Shown here piece by piece: positions 50,800-60,700 of a stretch of DNA of 64,000 nucleotides (within the stretch, counting starts at the first letter, position 1; each line of letters starts with the position of its first letter). The notes under the pieces were generated by a model. It was not told the DNA's origin, made no database searches, and worked only from the letters and a program-made list of their open reading frames with translations. The stretch comes from Verrucomicrobiia bacterium. Lineage in GTDB: Bacteria; Verrucomicrobiota; Verrucomicrobiia; Limisphaerales; Fontisphaeraceae. The translations under genes and the position numbers were made by a program. Location of the stretch: NCBI GenBank assembly GCA_026414565.1, contig JAOAIT010000065.1, positions 193 to 64,192 on the forward strand. The letters run 5' to 3'.

Positions 50800-53700
50800 T
50801 CACGGAGTCAGATACTCGGTCATAAACCGGCCCAGCACCGCCTCCCCGCGGGCGTTGGCATGGACGGGATCGCGCTTGTACCAATCCAGCGGCTTGCCGC
50901 TGGCGCGCACATACTCCCCCCAAAGAAGCTGCAAATCAAGAAATCCCGCCTTCTCCTCCCGCGCCAGCGCGGCCAGCCGCACGTGCCAGGCCTTGGGCGT
51001 ATCGGCGCGCTCGGCGGCCCATTTGGCGTCATCGGTGGGGTCCGCCGCGCCAAACGGCCCCGTGCAAAGCAGCACGTCCACAGGCCGCGTGACCCGAATT
51101 TCCCGGATGACTGCGCGCACAGCCTCGAGATCCTGGTTGTGACTGATGCCGCCAATGATGAGCAAATCGGGCTGCAAGGGCGCAACGTGCCGGCTCACCC
51201 GGCCCTGTTGCGCATACCACCAGCAGCCCTTGCCCCCGGCGACCACGGCGGTGAGTTCCAACCGCGTGTGCGGCATGCGCGCCTGCAGGCTCTCGCCAAA
51301 GCGGGAACGCCAAGTATCATTTACAATGCTGTCGCCCAGCATAACCACCCGCCAGACACCGCCGGTCTCCGCCAGACGGGCACGGCTCAGCGGCAACGCG
51401 TCCCAACGATCAGGGGGCGGGGTGTATTGCACCGGCGGAATTTCAGCGCGTGCGGCCGCCACCTCCGCCTCGCCGCGCTCAGGCTGCACGTTGAAATATA
51501 CGATTTCCTGGCCTTCCTTGACCTGCCAGCTTTTACGTGCATCGGCGCGGGCCATCTGCTGCGCTTCGTCCATCACGGCCACACCGTCCACATGAATGGC
51601 ATTGCGGCGAAGCTGCGTGTGCCGGGCCGGGGGCGCGATGCGAATACCCCGCGGCCCGTCGTAAATATGCGTGCCCTCGATCAGATTCCAATCCTTCAGC
51701 GGCGCGGTGGCGGGCAGACCCGTGATTTTGGCGCGGGCAGGCGGCAAATCCACAGCCGCGCGCTGGGCCGGATCCATTCCCTGCAGCCAGCCCGGCTGAA
51801 TGTGAAAACTCGGGCCGTAGCGGAAGCCGGTAATCTCACAGAAACGCACACTGTTGCCAAAAACCAGCGGTCCCAAAAGGCTGATGTTGCCGCGCTCCAT
51901 GAGCCGCACGCCGATCAACTCACAAAAGGCCACCGGCGAAGGCGTGGTGTTTTGCCAGGCCCACAAATAAAACCCTCCGCCCCGCCGCTGGGCATGGCCG
52001 TCCACCACGTGCCCGAAGTTGTTGCCCCAGAAGCCGGTCCAGTTCGCCGTGTTTTCCTCCTCGTTATCAATCCACAACGTCTCGGCGTAGGCCTTGCCGG
52101 TCATGATGTAGGTCGTGGCCTCCGGCAACACCTCCCACGGCGGCTCGAGATAGAGCGTGTTCACCGAATTGCTCACCACGCGGCGGTACTGGCCCAGGCC
52201 GGGGCCGTCCAGCACGAGTACATATTCGCCGCCCAGCTTTTTGCCCTCGAAGGGCGCGCCCGCCACCGTCAGGCTCGCGCGGTCTGCGCGCGCCACCGGC
52301 CCATGCCACGTGGCCTCCCCGGCCTCATACATGTTCTCGCCGGAATTGTGCCGGCGGGGAATATTGTTGCGCCAGCGGTTGCCCAACAGGATCGAGTGGT
52401 AACCGCTGGTGAAGCCGGTCTGGCTGACCCAGTTGCGGTCGCCGTCCTCAAGGGTGTTGTGCTCGATGATGGAATGCACAAAAGCGCGGATGAACAGGTT
52501 GTTGGCCTGCCCGTGCTGGATATTGCGGATCGTGTTGCCGCTGACCAGCGCCTGCTCATGCGGGCCATGTACCAGAAACACCCCGCCCTGCGCCGATTCG
52601 ATCACCGAATCCTTGAGCACAAAACCGTAGGAGCCCCACTCCACCATGACGGCCGGCTCGGTCGAGTGCGTGGCACGCAGATGGCACCGCTCAATCCGGC
52701 AATGGCTGTGCGAGCCAAAGATAACCTGCAGCGTGCCCGGGCCGTCCACAAAACCAAGATCCGTCACCCGCGCATGATCCCGCAGCCAAAGCATCGCGCC
52801 CCGGTTGCCGCCCTCCTGCCGCGCGCGGAAATGCCCCGGCATGGCGCGGGCAATCTCTACCGGCACGTCCCAGCGCATGGGCCGCCCCTCCAGCACCACC
52901 AGCAGGCTGCTCTGCGGGCCGGCCCCCTGCAGCGTAACATTTGTGGGCACCCATAATGTTGCGCTGATGGCGTAAGCCCCCGGCGGCAGAAACACCGTGC
53001 CCCCGCCCGCAGCGCCGGCCTGCACCAGAGCGCGACGCAAGGCCGCAGTGTCATCGTGAAACCCGTCGCCGTGCGCGCCCATTTCGCGAACATTAAAGAA
53101 ATTCGTCGCCGGTTTCACCGGCAGCGCCACCGCCAGCTTCACCGGCCCGCCCCAACCCGCCTCGCCGCCCGCGCCATTGTGAACGAACAAGTCATAGTCT
53201 CCAGGCGCCAGTTCGGAAGGCAGGCTCACCCGCACCTCGTAAAGCGGATGCTGGCCGCGCCGGAAATTCGTCAGGCGGACCACCTGCCCGTCGCTCCGTC
53301 GTTTCAAAGCCACCCACCGCGCATCCAAGGTGCGGCCAAACACGCGCACCTCGCCCCCGGGCACGGCGGTTTCGGGCGACACCCACCACGGCTGGGCGCT
53401 GGTGACCAGCCATGGCCTGGACCAGCCCTCACGATTGCGCACCCAGCACACGTGCCCGCCTGCGCGCGCATCATAAAAACCTTCGGCGTTGTATTGCGTC
53501 TCAAACTCGACGGCCATGACCAGGCCGCGTGGATCGGTGTCGAGCACGTTCAACTTGCGGGCTTCCGGTGGCGGTGTGGCGGGCAACAAATCCCGCCCGG
53601 GATAAGGACTTTGCCCCAGCGCCGCCCACACGCGGTTGGTGTCCAGCGGCACCCGCCAGCTTCGCACCTCGACCTCGCCCGGCGTGAAGCCCGTGCCCCA

Positions 53701-53862
53701 GATCAGCTTGGTGTTGCCCCCCTGCACCCGGCAGATTTCCGGCGCTGCCGCCAAAACGGCGTGGGCAAGCAACACAAAAGCCGCCAGGGGCAGCCAACAC
53801 AGGCAGTTTGCGATCCTTAATCCATGGCAACGTGTCGGCAATTCGGCTTGGGAAGGCAGCAT
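50800..53862 (-). CDS. Secreted right-handed beta-helix (pectate-lyase-3-like) protein fused to a C-terminal SGNH hydrolase
   Basis: 1020 aa. FNVREMGAHGDGFHDDTAALRRALVQAGAAGGGTVFLPPGAYAI is typical of the Pectate_lyase_3 N-terminus. C-terminal SGNH blocks are VMLGDSIVNDTW, LLIIGGISHN and DPVHAN. Confidence 0.65.
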   Translation of the reverse strand: MLPSQAELPTRCHGLRIANCLCWLPLAAFVLLAHAVLAAAPEICRVQGGNTKLIWGTGFTPGEVEVRSWRVPLDTNRVWAALGQSPYPGRDLLPATPPPEARKLNVLDTDPRGLVMAVEFETQYNAEGFYDARAGGHVCWVRNREGWSRPWLVTSAQPWWVSPETAVPGGEVRVFGRTLDARWVALKRRSDGQVVRLTNFRRGQHPLYEVRVSLPSELAPGDYDLFVHNGAGGEAGWGGPVKLAVALPVKPATNFFNVREMGAHGDGFHDDTAALRRALVQAGAAGGGTVFLPPGAYAISATLWVPTNVTLQGAGPQSSLLVVLEGRPMRWDVPVEIARAMPGHFRARQEGGNRGAMLWLRDHARVTDLGFVDGPGTLQVIFGSHSHCRIERCHLRATHSTEPAVMVEWGSYGFVLKDSVIESAQGGVFLVHGPHEQALVSGNTIRNIQHGQANNLFIRAFVHSIIEHNTLEDGDRNWVSQTGFTSGYHSILLGNRWRNNIPRRHNSGENMYEAGEATWHGPVARADRASLTVAGAPFEGKKLGGEYVLVLDGPGLGQYRRVVSNSVNTLYLEPPWEVLPEATTYIMTGKAYAETLWIDNEEENTANWTGFWGNNFGHVVDGHAQRRGGGFYLWAWQNTTPSPVAFCELIGVRLMERGNISLLGPLVFGNSVRFCEITGFRYGPSFHIQPGWLQGMDPAQRAAVDLPPARAKITGLPATAPLKDWNLIEGTHIYDGPRGIRIAPPARHTQLRRNAIHVDGVAVMDEAQQMARADARKSWQVKEGQEIVYFNVQPERGEAEVAAARAEIPPVQYTPPPDRWDALPLSRARLAETGGVWRVVMLGDSIVNDTWRSRFGESLQARMPHTRLELTAVVAGGKGCWWYAQQGRVSRHVAPLQPDLLIIGGISHNQDLEAVRAVIREIRVTRPVDVLLCTGPFGAADPTDDAKWAAERADTPKAWHVRLAALAREEKAGFLDLQLLWGEYVRASGKPLDWYKRDPVHANARGEAVLGRFMTEYLTP

Positions 53863-54143
53863 ATATGATGGGTATGACGGGGGCTGGCCGTCCGCGATTC
53901 ACACCCGGAGGCGGCGGCCAGTCTCGTGACCAACAAAACCGCCGAACCCCGCCAAAGTCAACCTTCTTCATGCAGCCTCGCCGCGGCAACCCGGCGGCCC
54001 GCAGCTCTCATCCGGCAACCCCTGAAGCCGGCCGCGCCGCGGCCATCGGCCCGCCGTGTCGTCCTCCCCCTGTCCACATCAAGGTGGAGACGGGCACACG
54101 GTTCAATGTTTGCCGATCCAGCAGCCCGGCCGCCGGGGTTCGA

Positions 54144-57100
54144 TCAAGGTTGCAGGCGGAAGAATCGCTGCGGTTGGTCGGCCTGCAAGCGCACGGTGGA
54201 TTGCCCGTCCTGCGCCTCCACCGCCGCCTCCACCGGCTGCCAGTTGCCGCCACGCAAATCGTCTGTAAAGAACAACCGGAAGGGCACCGGCGCGCTCCAC
54301 CGAATCATGAGCTGGTTACTATCCCGCCCCAGGCTGAGGTACGGCGGCGCCACCACCACATCCGGCGCGAGTCCCACCTGCACAAGTTGCAGTTGCGTCA
54401 AGGTCAACGCCCGGTTGAAAACTTGCACCTCGTCAAGCAACCCGCGAAAACAACGGCTGGCCGACGGCCCAATCGCCGTGCGGGCGCTGCCCCCGGCGAT
54501 GCCAAAGTTACCCAGGGTCAACGCCCCGGTCCCCGCCAGCACTCCCCGAGGATAATCCACCACCCGGTCCACCGCCGCCGGGACAACTGGCGAGCCGAAG
54601 TAAAACTTCACGTGGCCGCTCGCCTGCCCGGGATCGTAGGTCACGCCAAAAAACACCCAGTTTTGCGGTCCGACGGCCGGATCCGCTGTCACCCGCCCCG
54701 CTGAACTGATGGCCGGCGAACCGTCCGGCCATTGATTCACTCCCAGTTGCAGGGCGCCATTACTCAGTTGCACCAGGTCAAAGCCACGCCCGCCGGGGCC
54801 ATCCAGCGCAAACAACAGCCGGTTGCCGCCGCCGCCGGCGGTCAGATCGCGGCAATTCAACCACCCGCACACCGTGAAGGCCTCCATGCGTCCCAGCGTG
54901 TTGCCATAAGGGTTGGTCAAATCAATCGCGCGATTGCCATCACTCGCGCCCAACACCCCGAAGTCCACGGCAAACAGATTGCTCGCGGGGGCATAAAAGC
55001 CCATGGGCACATTCGTTGAAAACACCGGAAAACCGCCCTGCTGGATAAACGCGCCTGTGCCGCCCAGATTGCCAAGGTTGGTGGTCACCGTCCCTGCACC
55101 CTCATTCAACGGCAGCCGCACCTTCCAGCCGTTCTCGGGCAACACGGTCAACATGGCCGTGTCGCTCATCACGGTGCCGTAAAGGTTGCTCACCACCGCC
55201 CGCCACGTCGCACCGGCATCGGCCAGGCTGGCCACGAAAGAATAAACGAAGTTGGTCGCCCCGGGTATCGCATCGCCGTTGCGCAACCACTGAACGCTCA
55301 AAGGCGGGGTACCGGTCGCCATCACGCTAAACGCGGCAGGCTGGCCGGCAAACACCGTCACGGACGCCGGCTGGGCCACCAGGCCGGGCGGCGAGGTGGA
55401 GGCCACACCAGCGGCGCGTGCTTGAAACCGCTGAATCTCCTCCAAACTCAACACATTGGTGAACACCATCACCTGATCCAGCAAGCCCCGCAGCACCCGG
55501 CTCCCCCCGCCCGGCCCCAACTGCGTCCGTGCCGACACCACCGACCCAAAGTTGCCCAGCGTCACCGCCCCGCTGTTTGGCAACACCCCTCTGTTGTACG
55601 TCCGCGTCACGTCCAATGCCGCCGGCGTCCCTCCGTTCCCAAAATAATACTTCACATTGTCCGCCGTCTGCGTCCCATCGTACGTCACCGCAAAAAATAC
55701 CCAGTTGCTCACCCCCGTGTTCGCATCTGCCGTAATCCGCCCCGCCGAACTTACCGCCGGCGACCCGTCAGGCCATTGATTCACCCCCAACTGCAAGCTG
55801 CCATTGGCCAGATGCACCAAATCAAAACCGCTGCTGTTGGGCGCCACCAGCGCAAACACCAGCCGGTTCCCCCCTCCTCCGATGGTCAAACTCCGGCAAT
55901 TCACCCACCCGCACACCGTAAAACCGCTCATCGGCCCCAATGCCCCTGGCAAATCCACCGCCCGGTTGCCGTCCGTGCTGGAGGAAATCATCCCGAAATC
56001 CACCGCCCCGATGTTGAACGCCGGCGCATAGGGCCCCGTTGGCACCACCGGCGAAAAAACCGGATACCCCCCCTGCTGCGCAAAAGTCGCCACCCCGCCG
56101 CGCGTCCCCAGGTTGGTGGCCGTTGTTCCCGTGCCTTCGCTGAAGGCCAGTTCCACTACGGGCCTCAAAGGCGGCGGCATATAGGCCCGAAATTCGATGT
56201 TGGTCTCCAGCAAGAAATTCGGCACCGGCAGGGCCCGATCCCCAATCAGCACCACCCGCAACGTGTACACCGCCCCGGTCACCATCGGCTCGGTCGTCAA
56301 CAGAACATTGGTTTGATTGGCCGCCAGCACCGCCGACCAAATACCCAGATTCCCCGGCTCCAACGCATAATTCCCCACCTCCTGCGCCGTGCCCGCGTCC
56401 ACCGGCTCCGAAAAACTCACCAGGATGTTGGTCAAACTGGGCGCCTTCACCTCCACCACCCAGGGCGGTGTAAAGTCGCTCTGCACGCCCAGCGTCGCGT
56501 TGCTGCTCACCAACATGCTCACCAGATTCGACACCACCACCCGGAACCGGGCTGCATGATCCTGGGGCCGGGCCGGACTCAATACATACGTGGCATTGGT
56601 CGCCCCCGGAATGTCCACTCCATCCCGCTGCCACTGGTACCAGATGGGCAGGCCGCCCCTGACCGCCACCGTAAACACGGCATCCTGTCCCGCGTTCACC
56701 ACCCGATCCACCGGCTCGCTGATAAAGGCCAGCGGAGCCGGCGGCGATGCCGCTGCCACCTGCGCCGCTTGTATCTCCTCCAGACTCAACACATTGGTGA
56801 ACACCATCACCTGATCCAGCAAGCCCCGCAGCACCCGGCTCCCCCCGCCCGGCCCCAACTCCGTCCGCGCCCCCGCCACCGGCCCAAAGTTGCCCAGTGT
56901 CACCGCCCCTGTGTCTGGCAACACCCCTCTGCTGTACGTCCGCGTTACGTCCAATGCCGCCGGCGTGTCCCCATTCCCGAAATAAAATTTCACATTGTCC
57001 GCCGTCTGCGTCCCATCGTACGTCACCGCAAAAAATACCCAGTTGCCCGTCCCCGTGTTCTCATCCGCCGTGATCCGCCCGGCCGAACTCACCGCCGGCG

Positions 57101-57629
57101 ACCCGTCAGGCCATTGATTCACCCCCAACTGCAAGCTGCCATTGGCCAGATGCACCAAATCAAAACCGCTGCTATTGGGTGCCACCAGCGCAAACACCAG
57201 CCGGTTGCCACCCCATCCCACCGTCAAACTCCGGCAGTTCACCCAACCGCACACCGTAAAACCACTCATCGGACCCAGTGCCCCTGGCAAATCCACCGCC
57301 CGGTTGCCGTCCGTGCTGGACGTAATCATCCCAAAATCCACCGCCCCGCCGTTGAGCGCCGGCGCATACGGCCCCAACGGCACCACCGGCGAAAACACCG
57401 GATACCCCCCCTGTTGCGCAAAACTTGCCTCACCCCCACGCGAGCCTTCATTGGTGGTGACGGTGCCCCACCCCTCACTAAAGGAGAAGCGAACCACCGG
57501 CGAGGGTTGCGCCCACGCCCCGAAGGCCTGAAGCCACAAGAGCAACACCACCAGCCCGACATGCTCCACCAGTGCTCGGCACTGTCCGCCAAAAGCACCC
57601 AACACGCATTGGAGGTTTATAGTTTTCAT
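54144..57629 (-). CDS. Secreted protein with three LamG/concanavalin-A-like lectin domains alternating with Ig-like domains
   Basis: 1161 aa with a signal peptide (VVLLLWLQAFGAWA). It has three units of the type FTVCGWVNCRSL...GGNRLVFAL...GFDLVHLANGSLQLGVNQWPDGS...NWVFFAVTYDG...VKFYFGN...LDQVMVFTNVLSLEEIQ. Ig-like linkers include YQWQRDGVDIPGATNATY and VQWLRNGDAIPGATNFVY. Confidence 0.75.
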   Translation of the reverse strand: MKTINLQCVLGAFGGQCRALVEHVGLVVLLLWLQAFGAWAQPSPVVRFSFSEGWGTVTTNEGSRGGEASFAQQGGYPVFSPVVPLGPYAPALNGGAVDFGMITSSTDGNRAVDLPGALGPMSGFTVCGWVNCRSLTVGWGGNRLVFALVAPNSSGFDLVHLANGSLQLGVNQWPDGSPAVSSAGRITADENTGTGNWVFFAVTYDGTQTADNVKFYFGNGDTPAALDVTRTYSRGVLPDTGAVTLGNFGPVAGARTELGPGGGSRVLRGLLDQVMVFTNVLSLEEIQAAQVAAASPPAPLAFISEPVDRVVNAGQDAVFTVAVRGGLPIWYQWQRDGVDIPGATNATYVLSPARPQDHAARFRVVVSNLVSMLVSSNATLGVQSDFTPPWVVEVKAPSLTNILVSFSEPVDAGTAQEVGNYALEPGNLGIWSAVLAANQTNVLLTTEPMVTGAVYTLRVVLIGDRALPVPNFLLETNIEFRAYMPPPLRPVVELAFSEGTGTTATNLGTRGGVATFAQQGGYPVFSPVVPTGPYAPAFNIGAVDFGMISSSTDGNRAVDLPGALGPMSGFTVCGWVNCRSLTIGGGGNRLVFALVAPNSSGFDLVHLANGSLQLGVNQWPDGSPAVSSAGRITADANTGVSNWVFFAVTYDGTQTADNVKYYFGNGGTPAALDVTRTYNRGVLPNSGAVTLGNFGSVVSARTQLGPGGGSRVLRGLLDQVMVFTNVLSLEEIQRFQARAAGVASTSPPGLVAQPASVTVFAGQPAAFSVMATGTPPLSVQWLRNGDAIPGATNFVYSFVASLADAGATWRAVVSNLYGTVMSDTAMLTVLPENGWKVRLPLNEGAGTVTTNLGNLGGTGAFIQQGGFPVFSTNVPMGFYAPASNLFAVDFGVLGASDGNRAIDLTNPYGNTLGRMEAFTVCGWLNCRDLTAGGGGNRLLFALDGPGGRGFDLVQLSNGALQLGVNQWPDGSPAISSAGRVTADPAVGPQNWVFFGVTYDPGQASGHVKFYFGSPVVPAAVDRVVDYPRGVLAGTGALTLGNFGIAGGSARTAIGPSASRCFRGLLDEVQVFNRALTLTQLQLVQVGLAPDVVVAPPYLSLGRDSNQLMIRWSAPVPFRLFFTDDLRGGNWQPVEAAVEAQDGQSTVRLQADQPQRFFRLQP
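55437..56120. repeat. Intragenic direct repeat, copy 1 (encodes the second LamG domain)
   Basis: Near-identical to 56775-57458 at a constant offset of 1338 bp. For example, 55754-55835 appears identical to 57092-57173 by eye. Boundaries are approximate. Confidence 0.7.
56775..57458. repeat. Intragenic direct repeat, copy 2 (encodes the first LamG domain)
   Basis: See copy 1. The shared opening string is caacacattggtgaacaccatcacctgatccagcaagccccgcagcacccggctccccccgcccggccccaact. Confidence 0.7.
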
Positions 57630-57736
57630 ACGATTCGCTTATTTGGAGTTTAGTTTTTTACAAATTTTGCCGGCCGCCCGGCCCAATGGTCATGCCCCGC
57701 CAAATGCACCTGACACCGCCATTCCATGGCTCCGAT

Positions 57737-60700
57737 TCACTCTCCCGCGGAGGTTCGCAGCCGAAAATACCCCTGCGGCCCCAAAACCGTGATGTTGGTC
57801 ACTCGCAACGTCTCGCCCCCTGCGCGATTTGTTAGAAAAGGCGTCCACGCCGGAGCATCCAAGCGTTCTTTGTAATCGAGGACGTAAACAAGCCCCGGCC
57901 GGCTCGGCCAGGAAATGTCCAGACAACCGTTTTGCAGCCCCACCTTTCCCAGGACAGGCCGCGGCAAAACTTCCACCAAAAAGGAGGTTGTGGCGCTCAG
58001 GGGAGGCTGCCCATTGTCGGTTACGCGCACAGCAATCACGTACAGCCCCTCCAATGTCGGCAGCCAGGAAAAGTAACCATCGGCAGTGACCTGAGCTCCC
58101 GACGGAGCTCCCGGCTCCAGGCTGAACCGCAAGGTTTGCGTGGGACCATCGGGATCGCTGGCACTCAGGAGCATTCCCAGCGTTTGCCCCACAAACACCG
58201 TCCGGTTGGCCACCGGCACCACCACGGGAGCCAGATTGCCGCCCCGCACCCAGTTGGGCCCACGGGGCGAAGCCGAGCCGGGCATAAACACCAGCTCCGG
58301 ACCGCCATCCGGCAGCCGGCCCATGCTGACATCGTTGGTCTGAACGCCAAATTCAACGGTGTCAATCGCCGTCCCATCTGCGGCATAAAGACCAATGGCC
58401 TCCCCGGCGGCGGACAGTTTGAAATTCACGTGCAGATCAGCCCGTGGTCGCCCCTGTGCATCCGTATTCTGGGCTGTCTCTTCATCCGCCCAGACCAACA
58501 AGTATCCCTGCGGGGGGATGAGGTGCGCGCCATTGGTGGTAATGCGGTACTTAAAGCGGTTGGTTAACGTGTCGGTCAAATAACAATCCGCCAAATCCAC
58601 CGCCTGCGTGCCCGGGTTATACAGCTCAAACCAGTCCTCATAATCGCCATCCACCGGATCTTGCAGCGTGCGCTGGTTGCTGGCCATCCATTCATTGATG
58701 AACACCACCAGCGGCAGACGGCGCGGGTCATTGGGGGCGGCAGGCGTGGGATAAATGAACTGCTGCCGCGCAAACGGCTGGCCATCCGGATAGGACCCAT
58801 AACTGCGGTTGTCCGGCAAAGCGCGATAATTGACATAATCCAGCACCTGCGGCTGGCCATTGTGCAGCCGCGAAAGCGCCACCCCGCCGCCGGCCGGCGA
58901 CAGCCGGAAATTCGCATGCCATTCCTGGGCGGTGGATTGCGCGGGCTGCCCATCGCAAAACACCACCAAGTATTGGCCCGGCCCAAGGCTCGCGCCCGAT
59001 GGAAAAGCCCATTGTGTCAGATTCGAGTAATTGCTTGAAAGGTACAACCCTTGCAGGGACACGGTTTGGGAGCCGGCGTTGTAGATTTCGACCCACGGCT
59101 CCTCCTCCCCCGCCGCATCGCGGCAGCCCGCTGTGCCCATTGGCGCCACCTCATTGAGCCACAACGGAGGAAAAGCGGGCAACGTGGCGGCAAACTGATT
59201 GGCGGTGCCGGGAGTGCGATAGGTCACCGCCGGACTCACCAGCCGGGGCGGGAGGTTGACCTCGGGAGTGATGACGGGCAAAATATTGGTGCCCGCGCCG
59301 CCGGTGGTCAAAGCCGCGCTGTTCTGGATGCGCACCACCAAATTGGTGGCGGAATTTGTGGACCAAAACCAGAAACTGAGCGTGCAAATCGTATTGGGCG
59401 CCGGCGCCGGGGACAGATTCTGCGAAATGACCCGCCCATAACTGTTGCCAAACGTCGTGCATTCCAGCCGCAGCGCGCCCTGACCAGAACGCACCGGAGA
59501 GGAGACGATGGCGGTGTTGGTGTAATTGGTGGGGATCAACCAGCTATTGGTAAGCACGGGATTCTCCACCAAGGGCAGCTCAAAATCGCCATTGCGGACA
59601 TAATTAAACCCCACCGCTGCATTCGTCCCCTCCACCAGGCAAATATCATCAATAATCGCGCTGGCGCCGTTGGTCTCGCCCAGGTAGATCAACAGCCGTT
59701 GCGCACCGCCGCCCACCCCCACTCCAATACTTCCCGTCAACACCACCTGCCGCCACCCGCTATTGGTCCGGGCCGGCTGATACACCCCGGGCTCATAAAC
59801 CGGCGGAACATATTGCGCCGTCCAATTACCCGCCCGCGCATTGTCCTGATTGACATCAATCAACTGATAAGCGGAGCCGGTGCCGCTGACCGCCGCCGCG
59901 GGCCATGGCAGGTCGCCCTCGTACCGGACCCGGTCCACCACCACCTCGGCGCCCCCTTCCGCCCCCGGCATCAAGAGCGTCAAGGTTTCGCCCCCGGCTT
60001 GCAAGTTGCCGGGATATTCATCAAACAACGGCGCCTGAAGGCCATAAGCCGCCAAATAAGCCCAGCGATTCTTCACCAGCACCAGATAACTGCGCGGAGC
60101 CAGATAACTGCCCGGCGGGAAGGTATAGTCCAGCCCGTTGATACGCCAGCCCGACATATCAAAGGAGGTGGTGACCGACCGGTTGAACAACTCCACATAT
60201 TCCGCCCCCGGTTGCAGCGGCTGCGCCATGATTTCCGTAAAAATGACGTTGCCCGCCGGCGAATCGGGCGTGACATTCACCACGGCCTGCACCGTCGCGG
60301 CAGCATTGCTGAGCACCCGGCCCCGCAAGTCTGTGGCCGTTATTTGCAGCCGGTTGGTGGCCGCCGACACGGGCAGGCGCAAAGTCCAACTGGACACACT
60401 GTTCCACGTCACCGGCCAGGCCACGCCATTGACGAGGATGTTTTGCACCGTCACCGGGGCGGTCCCCGTCAGGGTGACCACGTTGCTGCCGGCCACACTC
60501 ACGTTGGTGGACACCACGCTGAACACGCTGTTGCCGCCCGCGCCGGCAATCACACTGCGCACATAGTCGCTGCGCTGCTGGATGTAACTGGCGCGGTGGG
60601 TGTAGGTGGCGCTGGAGAACGGCCCGTAATGCGCCAGCCAGTAGGCGAGGTAATTGGTGTTGTAATAGGTATCCATGAGGTCCTGCAAATGCGCGTAAAG

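Noticed and set aside
49690-52956. 1088-aa plus-strand ORF spanning two minus-strand genes. Similar long antisense ORFs occur at 23388..25940, 55422..57653, 59051..61117, 61193..63130, 39692..40975, 16802..17956, 11354..12862 and 41517..43247.
   Set aside because: The translations are Arg/Pro/Gly/His-rich low-complexity sequence with no motifs. The opposite strand carries clear domain signatures (SGNH blocks, pectate-lyase-3 N-terminus, LamG, CotH, hisC, ActB Fe-S clusters). These are typical stop-codon-poor antisense shadows of high-GC coding DNA.
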